Assembly: GCA_012295275.1 (NCBI GenBank) | Contig: CM022670.1 | Location: 18,848,001-18,912,000, forward strand | Origin: Chrysomallon squamiferum | Lineage: Eukaryota > Animalia > Mollusca | Direction of reading: 5' to 3' | DNA length: 64,000 nt | Shown here: positions 14,901 through 27,223 of the stretch, piece by piece | Position numbering within the stretch: the first letter of the stretch is position 1 | Layout of the letters: the number at the start of each line of letters is the position of its first letter | The notes under the pieces: generated by a model | The model's database searches: none | The model's input: the letters and a program-made list of their open reading frames with translations, nothing else | What the model was told of the DNA's origin: nothing | Made by a program: the position numbers and the translations under genes

Positions 14901-17900
14901 TGACAAAACTATATTGTTAGTAAGAAAAGACCCTTTTTATGCATCATTCCTTACACAAGAACTGTAACTGAGGTATACCTTTTTATATTTTTTCTAATTA
15001 AAATCAATATTAGAAAATAACTCCCATTTAATAAGTAAGACAAAAACATTTTGACATTTCCAAACATACTCACTGTAAATCTTCTACCAAACTTCCCAAA
15101 GCTGTATCCATCATCCCAGCTCTAGTTCTTGATCTTGGGTCCCAGCATTCTATGGTTCCCTGCAAAGATTTTTTTTTGTTTTTATTCTTTATTATCAGAG
15201 AAACTAACATTATGGAATCTTGCACTTGCGATGGCATCAAACAAACAAATGAAGAAAGAAGATAATAATATATTTAAGAAAATAAAGTTTGAAGTTTAGG
15301 GATAATTACTATTGCAGTCCTACTAATCTGTACAGAATGATTTCTCCAAAGAACAGAAAATTGTTATTTTATATATATATATAAACACACACAAAAACAT
15401 GCATGTTAGATCATTTACCTAAAATTATTCATATATAATTATAATGTTATTAAATAAGTCACCTCCTTGGTTCCACAAGCCAGTAGATCGTGCACTGGAT
15501 TGAACTCACAGCAGTTGATTTCTCTGTAAGAAACCACAAATTAATTTATTAGTGAAACAGAGGCGACATTAGAAAAGCAACAATTGTAAAGTTAATCAAT
15601 AACACGTATCAATTTTCATGTATAATATAAGTCAGAAAATGTAAGTACATTATTAAATATAATAAGCAATGACTGGCATAAAGGATATCATGAATCTACA
15701 CTCCCTTATTTAAACTAAACTACTGTAAAAATGCATCTTGGTCATATAAACTATTTAAAAAAAAAAAAAAAAAAAATAAAAAAAGGAAGAAAAGTTTCAA
15801 CAATCCCAAATGCAATGCTAAAAATAAACATGATCTGAAATTTGTAATCAATAATTAAATAATTTTAATAATTCCTAAAATAAATATATAACTTTAACAA
15901 TATAAGTAATAACATAAGTAATTTTTAATAAAAACAGTAATGTAATAATATAAATAATATAAAAAAAAGTAAATTTATAATAATAAAACCAATACCTAAA
16001 ATAAAAAATAATTTAACAATATAAAAACTTCTTAGCACAAAAATCTGATAATATAAATATTTCATAACATTAACAACAATTCAAGTGATAATTATTTTAA
16101 TTCAATTTACCTGAATGGAAATACTCACGTTGCATTTGTTTCCAAAGGCGACAAAAATCTGCCATGTTCCAGATTCAGTCGAAATATTTCATGTCTGCAA
16201 TGTATCAGTCAATACACTGTCATTACTATTATTACTTCAAATAAATCTGAGTTATTTTTTAAACAACTGCACACATAAGAAATAACTTATACTTCTGAAT
16301 ATATTCCTATAATGTGATTTACCATTAAGTTCTGTTTTAATTGTATTAGTTTCTATATCTGTCTTTACTGGTAGTGAAACCCCATCTATCAAGTCCTTGC
16401 AATTACATAAAATTTTGAAATACTAACTAAAATAGTTATCACCTGGTTTTTTATTTTAACCTTTTTCAAACTTTCCCTTTTAAAATATATTTTACATTCT
16501 AAGATGTAAATTAAAGGAATTGGTAAGTTTAAAATTAAAGATAATTCAAATATATATATATATTTTTTTTATTACTTATAAAGACAAATATTTCTATCAT
16601 TAAATGTATTTTGATAATATCCAAAATGAATAACACTAAATAATTAAACAATCAAATATTTTTTAAGATATATGCAATGAAGAACATACCCAACACCAAC
16701 AAAATACATGTCACATGTTGCCGCATGGTAGGCCAAATCTCTGCCATATTTTGGAATCCTTGTTCTGTAATATCTACCAAACTGTGAATGGAATTCAACA
16801 AATCGTTCATCTTGTAAGAAAACAATCTGAAAAATCAAAAGAATGATGAATAACATTTTAAGTTAATAATTTCATAAGATAAAGATTTAAACAGACAAAT
16901 CCAGCAAAGTCAAGGTTTTTCAACTTAATAAGTAAACATATAATAAGCTTTAAGAAGCACATACAAGTCTAACAACATATAGCAATTCAAAAAAATATTA
17001 ATTAACTGATTAAGTTAAAACTTTTTAGTAAATGCTATTCTGTATAAGGAATATTATAATATTAGCACATGATTAAAACAATGTATATTTTTGCTATTCA
17101 AAGCATGTTTGAAATGTTACGCTTTTAAGCTATTCACTATCAAAACAACAAGAAAGAGCTGAATATGTTAACATGTAAATATATTCCACGTTTAAATAAT
17201 GCCAGATTTTCTGCTATGGTGAAATATCAGACAGGAAATTCTTACTACTGTGTACTAACTTATCGCATACTCGATTGTTAAATATATATGTATCTTACAA
17301 TAGGCAGAACTGATTATACTCATTTTTTTAAATATGCAGTAAACAGATGTAAGCAAATGTAAACAAGAAGATTGATTCCTGACCCCAGCTCTGAGTGAAT
17401 GCTCTGAGATTCTTACCTTTGAATAATCATCAGACAACAATCTGAATTTGACCACTTCCACATCAAGTCCTCTCTCAAACTTCAGAGCCATTTGATGTAC
17501 ATCATAACATCTGACTCTGGGTTTGTATGTACCTTAATAAAAAAAACAAAGTAATTTTTACTATATTTTTGCAGAGAAAGAAATTTTCTATTGAACACGG
17601 AAGCATGAACTTTTGTAAACAGTTCAATACTATGAATAACAATTCCCACATCTGTTTAATAACATCTCAGTATATGCATATTTTAAACAATTATTATATT
17701 TATAACTGTATTTACCTGTTGCTAAAATATATTGGCCATCATTTGACACCTGTATACATTTGCTTACAGCTGGCATTTCAAAATCCTGAATAAGTTCAAT
17801 TCTTCGTTGAATATCTGAAAATGCAATGTTAAACTCCTCAAATAACAAACTGAAGCAAGAAGAAATGGTCCATATTACTAAAAATGTATCTTATATTGTA

Positions 17901-18782
17901 TGTAATACATCAAAGAAAAACAATTTGCTTAATGTTTCAAGTCAAATTAACTTATAATAGTATATAGTTCAAACTTTGGGTTATATATATATGAAAATGT
18001 ATTTTTTATTGAATATCAAAAGAAACTGTTTATTAAATTTAAATATGGGTAATAATAAATAAATAAATGATACAGGCAAAGCACGTTTGCCTATTACTTT
18101 TTACTTGTTATCACTGTTTCAAAAATTAATACCAAACTAACAATAACAACAGCAGACCTAATCATATCTGGTGAAATCAAATTTGTTGTTTACTTGATAA
18201 ACACACAAATTTAATTTGTAATACATACCGACATTGCTCTTTTGCAGTTTTCTTCTTTTCTGTTCTGATAACCACTATAATACAATTAAAATAAATGTCA
18301 ACCATACACATAGAATATTTGATACAAATATTATTTTTCTATAGACTTTTGTGGTTTATGACAATATAGTATTTACAATATAGCACTGAGAAAGTATTCT
18401 GTATCAATAAATTATTTATCAATTATAATCTTGTGCAGGTTACATATTTCTGTTACTGATTGAAGTGATTCTAACTTCAATACAATAGGAGAATAGCCAG
18501 TTACTAATCAAACGTAAATCATTTCATACATTAAATTTAAATTAGTAAATAATAAAATATGATTATTTTTATTACTACTAATAATGATGACGATAATAAC
18601 AACAACGACGACAATTATAAGTTAATATAAGTAACTGTTATTGTAATAAAATATTTATTAAAACAGAACTACTTAGACTCGTTAGGGTAAAACTAAAACG
18701 GTACATAGTTACTTACGTCAGGAAGTGACTTTCCAGCACTCAGATTATATATCTTCACGTTATTTGGATTAGAAACCTGCAT
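8931..18782 (-). CDS. NOL10: Nucleolar protein 10 (ENP2 homolog, WD40 SSU-processome factor), 19 exons, ~683 aa
   Basis: Starts [32 protein letters not shown]. Internal motifs [48 protein letters not shown]...[25 protein letters not shown]. Exons: 18717-18782, 18229-18274, 17716-17814, 17417-17532, 16690-16826, 16129-16194, 15463-15523, 15074-15159, 14717-14795, 14168-14317, 13235-13354, 12868-12946, 12248-12375, 11768-11866, 11339-11413, 10808-10984, 10148-10374, 9330-9432, 8931-9068. Total 2052 nt, all phases consistent. Confidence 0.97.
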
Positions 18783-20499
18783 CGTCGTTTTATTTTATAT
18801 TTCTTTCTTTTTCCAGTTTTACAATAATATAAGTTAATAACAAAACACGTGTGTTCAAGTAACATCCATGTTGTGATGAAAAGGGAAGTTGAAGGAGAGT
18901 TATCTTTACTAATTTTCTCCTCTTCCGTGAAACATAAATGATAAAAGGTATCGCTTTTTCGTTAACGTTTTCAAGCAGTAGTGTACAGGCCCATCAGTTT
19001 ACAAGCAAATAATATTCCATGATGTAATAAAAATATGAATGTTAACACTATAAGTATTTTTACTTAGTAAAATGACCACAGAAGAACTTTTTAAAAATCT
19101 TTTGATAATCATTATCTATTTTGATCATAGATGGCCGCAAAAATGGCACACAGTGACACAGCTACTACTAGTGAGTTACCAATTTGAAATGTCCATCAAA
19201 TGATTTCACACACATAGGTTTAAATAAAAATCCAGTACATCAGTTTGATAGTCAATTCTACACATAATAAGTAAAACATCGACTTAATGATTTAATTGAT
19301 TTCTGTGAATCATGTGCTTTACTCTTCCTGTGGAAATTCTCCGTATTCTCTCTTACGTACGTCTCAGTAGATTGTACATACTAACATACTTTTTTACATA
19401 GCTAATAATATTTGGGGACGCATTGGCGCAGGAAGACCCAGTCCAAGTATTTGGAGAGCAAGTCTCCATTTTTGTCTAATATTAACATTAATAACAAGTT
19501 ATTGATAGGAAAAATGTTATAGAGAAGTTTAATCTGTATCGTTGTGAAGGTGTTAACACAAATTTCACATTTCGGACTTCTGTTTAGACATTATATTCGT
19601 CATTCATCAGTGAATCTGAAACATACGCACAAAATAATGTATTAGCCGAAATATTTAGTGAAGATTTAGTAAATGAACAGCACATGTACTGAAGAGCATA
19701 ATCTGGGAGAGGATGGCGCAAGATAGGAATATGTAAAAACAACATTCGGAGGCTTTGCATATGAGGATCGAAAAAGTTGAATTTCAGTCCGAAAAATTAC
19801 ATGCATGTATTTTTATGTCTAACGCCCTATACTGAACCACCACGCCATCCCTCTATTAAAATTCTGATCGAAATGTTGCGCCATTTGGCCGTACAATCCA
19901 AATGTGTGGTTTGATGCTGATTATGCGGCTGCAGCCAGATTTGAAGTGGAAAGTTCAAATACAATCTCAGAACAATATAACTCGTCACTGAGACGTTATA
20001 ATCAGCAACAACACTACCGAATCTGACACTCGACCCAAACCTGAAGAGCACTGTGCTCCACAAGGACCCGACAGAACCACCACTAATGTCCTCTTACTTC
20101 TTTGAAACTAGTACCAACATAGTTGAATGATCAATGCTTGTACAGAGCCGAAAAAAGCCAGACACCACAACTTCAAAATGCTGCCAGAGATGAGGATGGA
20201 CATTCAGTTGTCTTCCGAGTTGACACAGATATGCTGCGATCAGGAGCTGGGGGTTTCAATATACATACACTTCCCCTACATCATTTATGTTTAAAAGGTT
20301 TAATAAGCTATGCTAATCGTATTACATCAAGGTTTGTTTACCAGACATGTTAAATAGATCATAATTGAATTTTTAGTTAGTGTCATATCCTGTATGTCCA
20401 AAATCATTTGATGGAAATTCCAGTTTGGAAGCTATGCAAAGGTTTTGAGTTTTGTTAGTTGTCGTTTAGTTTTTGGTAATTTTTTTTATTGTATTTCTG

Positions 20500-20560
<61 letters not shown>

Positions 20561-20949
20561 TTATTTTATTTTATTTTTTAAATATCTTTTAGTAGCAGAC
20601 AAAATTACAGGAAAAGGCGTATCATCATCATTATTATTATTATGTAAATTAAACACATCTTTTTTCTTTTTTTTCTCTGAATTGACCGGATTAGTTTATA
20701 AAAATTATAAAATCACGTCTTCCTCGCATTTCATATGTTGTAGATATGATGTATCTGAACGAATCATTCAAAGTTTTTCTGTAGAGTGGTAATAACTGAC
20801 ATAGCTTAAACTTTTCTCACACAGGTTTATTGTCTTGCAAGTATAAATATTAATAACTATTTAGCAAATTTTATAATTGTTTTTTGTCAATTACTCTTCA
20901 AATTCCGATGATTCAAAATTAAATGATTTATATCTGTGATGTGCATTTA

Positions 20950-20987
<38 letters not shown>

Positions 20988-21052
20988 TTATTTTTTTTTT
21001 TTTTTTTTTTTTTGCATCATTCAGTTAGCTGTATGGTAAATAAAGCGTTCTG

Positions 21053-21250
21053 TGTCTTCAAAAGAGAAGTTGTGCTGAATACTGTAAACTAACTCTATTT
21101 ATTCTTCACTCGTCCAGGATTTCGTACTTCAGGTGTCTAATCATATAATTATTTTTGGCACTCTCGGATGTTTGATACTGATGTTATCATTTCTGTTTGA
21201 TAAAAAAGTGAAATATTATATCTGCAGAAAATTATGAACACACACACACA
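21053..21250 (-). pseudogene. Near-identical orphan copy of the promoter/exon 1 of the cationic peptide-EF-hand gene
   Basis: Matches 27252-~27465 almost base for base (tgtcttcaaaagagaagttgtgctgaat...ccaggatttcgtacttcaggtgtctaatc...gatgttatcatttctg). It is truncated before the exon 1 donor and has no downstream coding exons. Confidence 0.85.
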
Positions 21251-21644
21251 GATATATAACATAATATCTCTCATGCTATTTTAGTACATATAATGGATGT
21301 TCATATCTGCTTTTATCTGCAGACAGACAAACATATATAAGAAAGTGAAGTATTATACCTGATCAGCTAACTGTAACTTACATCCTCCAAAAAGTTAAGA
21401 ACAAATATATATATATACATTGTAGTTTATTTCTGTTTTGTTGTTTCGTTTATGTATGGTATATATAATATAAACCCACCCCAAAAAACCCAGAAAAAAA
21501 CAAAACGATACTTATTTTTGATTAATGATGGATATGTACATTATAAAACAAACTAACAAAAATTTGGCAGTAAAGAGAATCATTTTGTAAAAGTATCATC
21601 TCTCTACCACAAGAAGTTGACACATATCATGCATGTAGGCGGGA

Positions 21645-21880
21645 GGTTTGATTGAAAGGTTTGTAATTTGCTTTAGCATAGAGGCTGTTCTTGTTCGTTT
21701 GATTACCAAAATATCTGCAGGATTTTCTCACAATTTCGATTTCTGCTTATATGCATAGTAAACTATCAGGCAAATCTTAAGACACAAAGTTTCTCATCAC
21801 AATGTTATCCTGATGATATTGATGGGAAAGAACTGTATAGAGAAATCAAAGAATGTAGAATGTTGATTAGTAGCAAAAAT
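21645..21880 (+). mobile_element. Degenerate hAT transposase fragment
   Basis: Frameshifted translation gives ERF...ICRIFSQFRFLL...QCYPDDIDGKELYREIKECRMLISS, resembling the segment before the dimerisation domain in ZMYM1-like hAT transposases (recalled motif). Confidence 0.55.
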
Positions 21881-21943
21881 ATCAGGAAAAATAATTTTTG
21901 TTAAGCTTCCGTGGATAACTTTAATAACGACCAAGAAGCAGTT

Positions 21944-22458
21944 AAAGGTTGACATCCAGTGAATGACTTCGAACATTTCGATATTTTTAATATTCAGATT
22001 TAGCGTTAAGATATAGAAATGAAGATAATGAAAACTCGTTATACAGAATTTTAATCTTTATTGTTGATGTTTGTTTTAACACAGATTTGGCAAACTTCTT
22101 TTCTGTTAAGATAACCTCTGTGAGTGAATCAACTTGGCATTATCATACTTGAGTACTTTACAACTTAAATTTTGACAATTCAGTTAATGCATTTGTGGAG
22201 TGAAGGTGAGAAAAGTTTCTCTATAGCTTAACTGTAGCCATGAATACCAGTTAGACATATATTGAATATAAACTATGTAAACTTCAAATGAATATCCATA
22301 CAACTTTTATTATTATATTATTATTTTGAAATATTCTTACTAATGACTGTTCAGTTCATTCAGAGCTTGTTGAAATTCTTCACAAGTAACTACTTCATCT
22401 GATACAAAAATAAATTAATAATAAAACTAAAACTTGCACTAGCTCAACGAAATGTAAA
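21944..22458 (-). pseudogene. Diverged 3' half (exon 4 plus 3'UTR) of a paralog of the cationic peptide-EF-hand gene
   Basis: 21944-22110 matches 25119-25290 (3'UTR with AATAAA). 22324-22458 matches 25614-25746 and encodes DEVVTCEEFQQALNELNSH* versus DDVVTLEEFQQALDELNSH*. No exon 2 or 3 found upstream. Confidence 0.85.
22130..22255 (+). mobile_element. hAT transposase C-terminal remnant (copy 1)
   Basis: acttggcattatc...ttttgacaattcagttaatgc...gtgaaggtgagaaaagtt reads as a degraded LA...LNFDNSVNAF..VKVRKV, like the end of the hAT dimerisation domain. A related copy lies at 29178-29292. Confidence 0.55.
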
Positions 22459-22674
22459 CGTACATATGTGTGTGTGTGTGTGTGTACACTTGTATTAAAA
22501 TGATGCAGGAAAGATATACCTTATAAGTATATATGTATGTATGTGTGTGTAGTATCTATGTATGGATGCATATGTATGAATATGTCAGTTTATACTTTGT
22601 AGTTATAAATGCAGACATGAACATGCATTATATATATAAAAATGATGCATGACATATATAATTATCTGTCTGTC

Positions 22675-22677
<3 letters not shown>

Positions 22678-22725
<48 letters not shown>
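22678..22725. repeat. (TG)n microsatellite
   Basis: Perfect dinucleotide run. Others in the window include (ATT)n ~1710-1760, ~20500-20560 and ~43965-44025, (CA)n 25844-25914, (TAGG)n ~29954-30000 and (AAT)n ~30235-30278. Confidence 0.95.
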
Positions 22726-22727
<2 letters not shown>

Positions 22728-22781
22728 GACATTCAACAGGTTGCCATGTTCAGATATAATATTTCATTTTTTTAATGGAAT

Positions 22782-23017
22782 AGAAATGATAACATCAGTA
22801 CCAGTATCCAAGAGCGCCTAAATAATTTTGTTGGTGACAAATTGTGTAGACACCTAAGGTACGAAATCCTGGTCGAATGAAGAATAAACAGAGTTAGTTC
22901 ACAGCATTCAGCACAATTTCTCTTTGGAAGTAGAAGAAATCGTCAAATATAAGTTTATTTTAATTTATTTGTAATCTCTGAATCAACTGAACAGTCATTA
23001 GTAGTTACATTTCAAAA
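22782..23017 (+). pseudogene. Inverted, internally deleted paralog relic (promoter/exon 1 fused to the end of exon 4)
   Basis: 22782-~22955 is a diverged reverse complement of 27220-27392 (agaaatgataacatcagta...gtacgaaatcctgg...gaagaataaacagagttagtt...cattcagcacaa), with the donor gtaagt changed to ataagt. It is followed at ~22976-23017 by ctctgaatcaactgaacagtcattagt (LNQLNSH*). Confidence 0.8.
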
Positions 23018-23157
23018 ACATAATAATAATAAAACTTGTACAAATATTCATTACAAATTAAAAAATATATATTTATAAAAATATGTATGTTTTTATATCT
23101 ATGGTAGCTTATGAGCAAAAGTGCTACGTTCTATAACATATTATAGTCTGTATTATT

Positions 23158-23200
<43 letters not shown>

Positions 23201-25309
23201 TTGTTGTTATTATTATTATTATTGCCTCCTATGAAACACAAAACTTTCCCGGATTTGTCACGAGTAACTTTATATAAATAGATTAATAGCAAAATGTCGC
23301 ATTTCCTGTAAGTGTTTTCAATAGAGATGATAACAATGGATATAGATATCTGATGATACATTTTTTTTATATTAATTACAAACTATTCGCATATCCAGTG
23401 TGTCAGATCGTGTACGAAACGATTACATGGTTATCAAAATAACTTTTTATTTATTTACTTCTTTATTTGTCTCAAATTATGACACAATTCGAGGTTGTTG
23501 AATTTATTTTTTATAAGTCCATATACTTTTTCAGATTTCATTTACTTGCGTATATAATTTTTTTTTTTTAATGTTTGTTTATTTATATCTGAAATGGATA
23601 GAATGAGGTAACTGTCCTTTACTTATTAATAATAAACATTTTGATTGTTTAATCCAGTTCACATATGCATACAAATGTGCATACGTTCATGCATACATAC
23701 GTAGATATATATATATATATATGCAAACATAAATAAGTTAACACACACAAACATACATATATTCATACACGGGTATGTATGTATCTGTGTATGTTTAATA
23801 CGCTATTGTTGGCTTTAATTATTTTGTGAAAGTTAATTCTTTATTTTAAGATCTATTTTTGTTAATTAGAAGAAGGCATAAATATAGAATTAAAAAAAAA
23901 CATGAACATTTAAAAAAATCAAAGTAAACTAATATTCAGAGCAGAAAGCGGAATTATCTAATGAAAGAATTGTTTATCAGTTCTAAAAAAACCACTGTGA
24001 ATTTCAAATTCTTCAGAAACATCCAGAAATAACAGGAATAAAAATAAAAGTTTAAAATGCGCTGAACTATGCAAAATTATCTTAAAACGCTTTTGAGAAA
24101 ATTTGCGAAATTTCATCGAGCGATTGTTCAAAACGTTATAGAATGAATATGTGAAATTTTAAAAGTAAATACATGAAACATTAAATATAAATACAAAGAC
24201 GTCAAGGAACCAGTAAAAAATAAATTTCAACATTTCTGCATGTAATCAGTTTTCAATGGTTTCTTAAAATAAATCCAAAGAGGAGTACAGGCATCCCGTT
24301 TCGAGAACATTCATAGCACAAAAACGGTAAAAATAATAATAATAATAATAACAACAACAACAATAATAAATATGTTTGGATCAAACTAAGCAATAACAAC
24401 AACAATAATCAATATGTTTCGATCAAACACATTTAGGAAACATAATCCTTGTTAAACTGCCGTTGGTAACGTTGATACAGGTACCTGACCATTTTATCAA
24501 TTTTCCAGAAAACCGCCTTTAGAGGTGTAGTAATTTGTATGTGTTAAATACAGTTTCTTTCCTTTCAAAATGCAACGCCTTCTTGGCTAAACCATTTGTT
24601 TAAAAACGTATACAAATAAATTCTGTTAATTATAGAAAGGAAACATTTAAATTAGGGAATAATTTAAAATATTTATGTACTTTCTAAAACGTATATATTC
24701 TTTACGTACATTTGCCATGTAATTACATATACTTGATAACTTGTCATGCCATAATGTTATGAACATTTTTTCAAAACGAACACGGCTAAAGCCTTAACAT
24801 TAAAACTACAGTATTCCTTAACTTTGAATAATTAATTATATATTACAAAGAAAAAAGAAATAGTTGATAAAGAAAAAGCGTGACAACCTGAAATTATCAT
24901 GTCAGTTATTGGTAGATGTAACCATAGGAATAATTATATTTAAATAACTAAATAAGTAAATAAATCATTAGTTTGTTAATACATCTGACTTCTCTTTAGT
25001 TATTCGACATAATTTTTTTAAGGACAATACGATGAGGAGGTATTAATGAAAATATATAAATACAAAATAGAAGACGAAGGCGACATCTCAGCACAAACTA
25101 ATAACCAAGTACCAAGAGAAAGGTTGACCTTCAGTGACTGAGTTCGAATCTTTCGATATTTTTAATATTTAATTTTAAAGTTCAGACCTAGAAATGAAGT
25201 AAGTTAAAACTCGTTATATAGGATTTTAATCTTTATTGTTGATGTTTGCATTAACACAAATTTGACATTTCAGACTTCTGTTTTGTTAAGTTGGTCATCC
25301 TTCGGTCAA

Positions 25310-25859
25310 TCTGAAATGTAGAAAAAACAAATAATGTCCTGACTTTAAAACAAACATTTTATAGATAGATTACCTTTTATAGAACATAGCACTCTTGCTC
25401 TTACGCACACACACACGCACACGCACGTTGCTAAACTTTTTAGTTTTACATTTATTATTTGTTTGTTTATAACATTTCTGTTTCTATACTTTCTAAGCAT
25501 CAACACATATATCACACTCGATTATTTTTGTAAGTTTTTATTGCTACTACTACTGCTGCTGCTGCTGCTCCTACTATTATTATTATTATTATTATTGTTA
25601 TTGTTATTATTAGTTTGAAATGTACTTACTAATGACTGTTCAGCTCATCCAGAGCTTGCTGAAATTCTTCAAGTGTAACTACGTCATCCGCTACAAAATA
25701 AATTAATAATAAAGATATAACTTGCACTAACTCAACGAAATGTAAATCATGAAGAAATTATAAATTAAATATTATTTTATTCTTCAACAAACAACTAGAT
25801 TATCTCCCCTTCGAACTCGTGCATTTACTTTCTCTCTCTCTGTCACACACACACACACA

Positions 25860-25921
<62 letters not shown>

Positions 25922-26645
25922 CTTTTCCTCATTATATTCTTTAAATAATCAGTTTACACAGAGATATCCGTTCATATTTTTTTTTCATTTGTTACTGCTG
26001 TTTTTATCAATAACATTTGCTCTCCCAATCTTTGTGGAAAAATCAGTGTTAAATAAACTCGATGAAAATATTTACTGTCACGATCAACGAAATCCATAAG
26101 TTCTTCTGCTTCTCGTGAACTTAGAATCGACTCAATTTCTTCTTTGTCGATCACACCATCATTGTTCGTGTCAAAGTCATTAACATCTACGTATGTAAAA
26201 ATATAAATTTATTAAGAAAAAATAACTAAATAATTTTATTCATAGATTGGCGAGATCAAGAATGAGAAAGCAAATGTGAAAGAACAGTATTATTAGCAGT
26301 GTATTCAGACCATATTCATGTATAAGACAAATTAAAAAAGTAAAATATCTAATGAGGCATACTTTATAATCAGAACAACAACACAAATGATAATATAAGG
26401 TAGTTTGAAGTAAGTGAAAAAGTTATTATTTTGAAATGAAGTCCATTTCAATTCCCGCTCCATGTATCTAGACCAATCTAATATTTAATAATTTTATAAA
26501 CTTGTTTATTACCTCTTTTCCCGTGAGTTAAAGCGTAGTATTTAACGTAAGATTTCGCTCTGCGCCAGGCACGACGTATTCTCCAAGCGTCACCGTTGGT
26601 AACAGCTATAGCGACAAGAACTACTAGGACAAGGACAAATTTCAT
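25310..26645 (-). CDS. 101-aa secreted prepropeptide: signal peptide, cationic amidated peptide, acidic two-EF-hand propeptide (candidate antimicrobial/toxin precursor)
   Basis: Coding exons 26513-26645 (ATG directly after the acceptor AG; MKFVLVLVVLVAIAVTNGDAWRIRRAWRRAKSYVKYYALTHGKR), 26076-26186 (DVNDFDTNNDGVIDKEEIESILSSREAEELMDFVDRD), 25630-25690 (TDDVVTLEEFQQALDELNSH), with the stop completed at 25310. All introns GT-AG with matching phases (1,1,2). Non-coding exon 1 ends at donor 27224; AATAAA at 25232-25237. Confidence 0.88.
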
Positions 26646-27223
26646 CTGTAACATAACATTGTTAAAATACTGGTATTTAAGTTTAAACGTCCAAATATAA
26701 AAATAAAAAAAAATAGAGAAATTAATAATAATAATAATAAATAATAAATAATAAATAATAAATAATAATAATAATAATAATGTATACGCAGTAATACTCA
26801 AATACTAACCTTTTCTCTTTTTTCGCATTTGTTCTGTAATACGTTTCGCATTCGTTTCAAAACATTTTAACCTTTTCTGTAATACTTTTCTCATTAATTC
26901 AGAAACATTGTTCGCATTCATTTGATAATATTACTCTCTTTCGTTCTGTATATAGCTTTTGCCTTACTTTGAAAAAGTTATTCCTTTTGTTCATGGCTAC
27001 ATTTCAATCTAATCGTCAAAACGAACAAATTATTTCTAGTATTAGATAAAATACAGAAACTTTCATTCGTGGCAGATGAAACTCTACTTGACAATTCAAG
27101 AAAAACAGAAATAAATAAACAAATAATAATAATAATAACAACAACAAGAATAACAACATCAATGATAAATTATAAAATAAATAATACAAAAGACGCATTA
27201 TAAATAAGTTAAAATAAACTTAC

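Noticed and set aside
20445-20792. ORF with poly-Leu resembling a signal or TM segment
   Set aside because: Produced by an (ATT)n microsatellite. The same applies to the poly-Asn ORF at 23131-23361 and the ORF at 27016-27198.
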